A DNA stretch of 64,000 bases, taken from positions 1,130,538-1,194,537 of the forward strand of contig MU004235.1 in NCBI GenBank assembly GCA_010405405.1, in the 5' to 3' direction. Every line of letters begins with the position of its first letter. Within the stretch, counting starts at the first letter, position 1. The notes below the pieces were generated by a model. It did no database searches. It was not told the origin of the DNA and saw only the letters and a program-made list of their open reading frames with translations. The position numbers were made by a program, and so were the translations under genes. Below are positions 61,701 to 64,000 of this stretch, one piece after another. Origin of the DNA: Microthyrium microscopicum (lineage: Eukaryota).

Positions 61701-64000
61701 CAGTAGTAAGTGCAGTAGTCCTAATTTTTGGGTCTAGAACATCAATATAGACCCTTTGAACTAAAGGCCATTGTGCAAGGATCGTCGTGAGATTCAGCCT
61801 TATGTCTGCGAGCGTCATCGATAGAATTGAAAATAGCAGGATGTAATGGTCTGTGATGCAAAAGGTAATTTTATTAGTACTAGGCTTACAATTGCCTATG
61901 GACTTGGCATTGTCCTAGCAGTAATGACAAATAGCCATTGTGCTAGGTTCATAGTTTTCAACTGAAAATAAGCTTGCATGAGTAGAAGAGCAAGTCGAAT
62001 ATCTGTTTTCATAGTGTAAGGGATTCCAGAAATTGACCTTGAAAATGGAATAAGAAATGATAGCCTGATGAAGTCCCTAAGATAGGAGGTTGTGATACGA
62101 CGAAACTATCACAGAGTACTTTCTATAAATCTGGTCAATAATAACGGGGTTGTTATACGAAAACTTGGTACTGTCTTGGGTATTGATGATATCCCGAATT
62201 CCTACCTATTATCTACTGCCGGGAAAGCGTTGCATGTTCCCCGGTACAACTAATGGTGAACGGTTTCAACTTGGTGTGCACCTCGTAAGTCGTATCCCAA
62301 TGATAGACAGTAGATTAAAATAGTGTAATTAGCAGCGACAATGAACGATTGGAGGGCACAGTTGCCCATGACTTGCACCGTGAAAGGGGTTGAGAAATTA
62401 ATGCTTGACTCGTGAACATGGAACTGTCAGAATTGCACTTTGTAAGGAGTACCCGGGGTCGGAATATGCCGAGGGGCTTGGAAATTCAGCCACCGTTGGA
62501 GACTCTTCCGCAGCCTCCAGAATCCAGATTATCATTCTTTAGATAATCTATGAGCTCGTGCCCCCAGCTAAAGACGACTGAAACCGAAAGCGATGGCTCA
62601 CGATAACCAGATTAGGTACCTAGCTTGCTAGCTTGATAAGGCCCTTGGTCAACCAGAAAACCCTACAAGAAAGAACACTCAAAATCATGATCTGAGTCTG
62701 GCTCCTACTTTAGAACTGACCCGGAGCATGCCTTCCATCTTGACGAGCCGGAGAAGTGTCATTCAAAATTGCATTTGTAGAATAACCTGAAGTACGCGAA
62801 CAGGGGCTAGAAGAAACGAAGATTAATGTCCATGTTGTAGATTGGAGGTTGGCGCATCCTGGCCGACCACGTTGTGATCGATTTAGCAAAAGCAATGAAC
62901 TCACCAAAGTGTTACAGGTACGGGGTACGATACTTTGAAACTCAAACCTTGGACTTGAAACATTATCATTGATATCAGTAGCCTGATATCAATGTACTCC
63001 TTTTCCCAGGTCTGGAATCGCCCTTTACAAACATAATTGACAGCACTATAGTCTGTTCACCTGCACTTGCAGACAGTGACTATCATACCAATGCAAGTCA
63101 GATTCGCATAGGGCACGCCTTGTGATTGAATTGCAAAGGGCTGGAGATGCACACATCACATCACATGAAACGAAAAACCTCGACAACGGCCAATTGCAGG
63201 GCTATCGCTGAGGTTCTGCTTGACCTACACAGGCTTCTTGCATCTGGCTACATGCACATTCTACGGATAGCCAGGAGCGTTTCGCGTTTGGCTAATCATC
63301 AAGTTGCTGGTGAAAATCAGCATGAACAGCAACAATAATTGATGCAAACAATCTACACACGAACTGCAGGCCCCAGACCACGGCACGGATGTTGGCAATT
63401 TGGGACTCTGATCGACATCCTCTGCAACTGTGCAGTCTAGCTCCAATCGTAAGGCAACAACTTGGAAGATATCGGCAAGCTGTAGCTTTAGGTATCTGGA
63501 ATGTTGACTGGATTGCCAGGTTGAGGCTCCTGTGAGAATGAATGGACATCACAGAGGCTCAAGCTGAACAGACTCGATCGACTTGAGGTCGGTGCCATTG
63601 TGTATGATCCACTGCTTCTCCCTTGACCATGTCATGGCTCGCATGGTAAAAGACAACCTTCTCGTAGGCCAGTTCAAGGAACAAGAATCAAGAGTGATGC
63701 TCAAAGCAGGCCTCAGACAGGAGCTTGAAAGTGGACACTGCTGCAAGCGGGATCAGTAAGTGGACGGAGCGGGCTACAATGCGCGCTCCAGTATAAGGAA
63801 GGGATCCCTTGAGAAAACAGAAGTGCGAACTGTGTCAGAGTCTTAGAGACATAATGATAACCACTCACAGGCAGCCAATCTTCAGAAAAGTTGACGGGAG
63901 GCGGGGGCCCTGGCCCGGATGGTAGAGTGGGCCGTGATCGTTGCTGAACTGACTGCATTCTCACAACGGTCTTTCGTGCACCAAGTCGGAGATTTTTATG

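Noticed and set aside
59000..64000. Degenerate gene or transposon remnants (e.g. a YAILVLI fragment near 59840, short ORFs at 60.5-61.3 kb and 63.5-64 kb)
   Set aside because: No continuous frame, transposase/RT motif or terminal repeat could be supported by eye; needs BLASTX.

Overview
Gene-dense, intron-containing DNA from a filamentous ascomycete (Pezizomycotina, probably a Dothideomycete; inferred from ~50-nt GT-AG introns with CTRAC branch points and the gene families). About 25 spliced or intronless protein genes can be reconstructed. Housekeeping genes: EGD2, RPL14, LTV1, ORC2, PDX1/SNZ1, EGD1, RRP41, PIB1-like, ERCC6L2/RAD26L, SEC12, MDH, HAP5/hapE, TRS33, TRM44, ADI1. Others: two Zn2Cys6 regulators, a carboxylesterase, a POT peptide transporter, an AMID-like oxidoreductase, and a BVMO-SDR pair. 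An accessory island at about 38-43.6 kb holds decaying genes. The most notable non-obvious features are: (1) an apparent single-nucleotide exon in EGD1 (NAC beta) at 25822, needed to restore the conserved reading frame; (2) a non-coding, spliced snoRNA host gene divergent from RPL14 carrying two intronic C/D-box snoRNAs (snR87/U16-like and U24-like), each apparently with an unexpected second guide; (3) a long hairpin in the last RPL14 intron; (4) a CCAAT-box cluster upstream of the CCAAT-binding subunit gene; (5) both NAC subunits linked within 16 kb. All gene models are manual. rRNA targets and family names are recalled, not searched. The last ~5 kb could not be interpreted.
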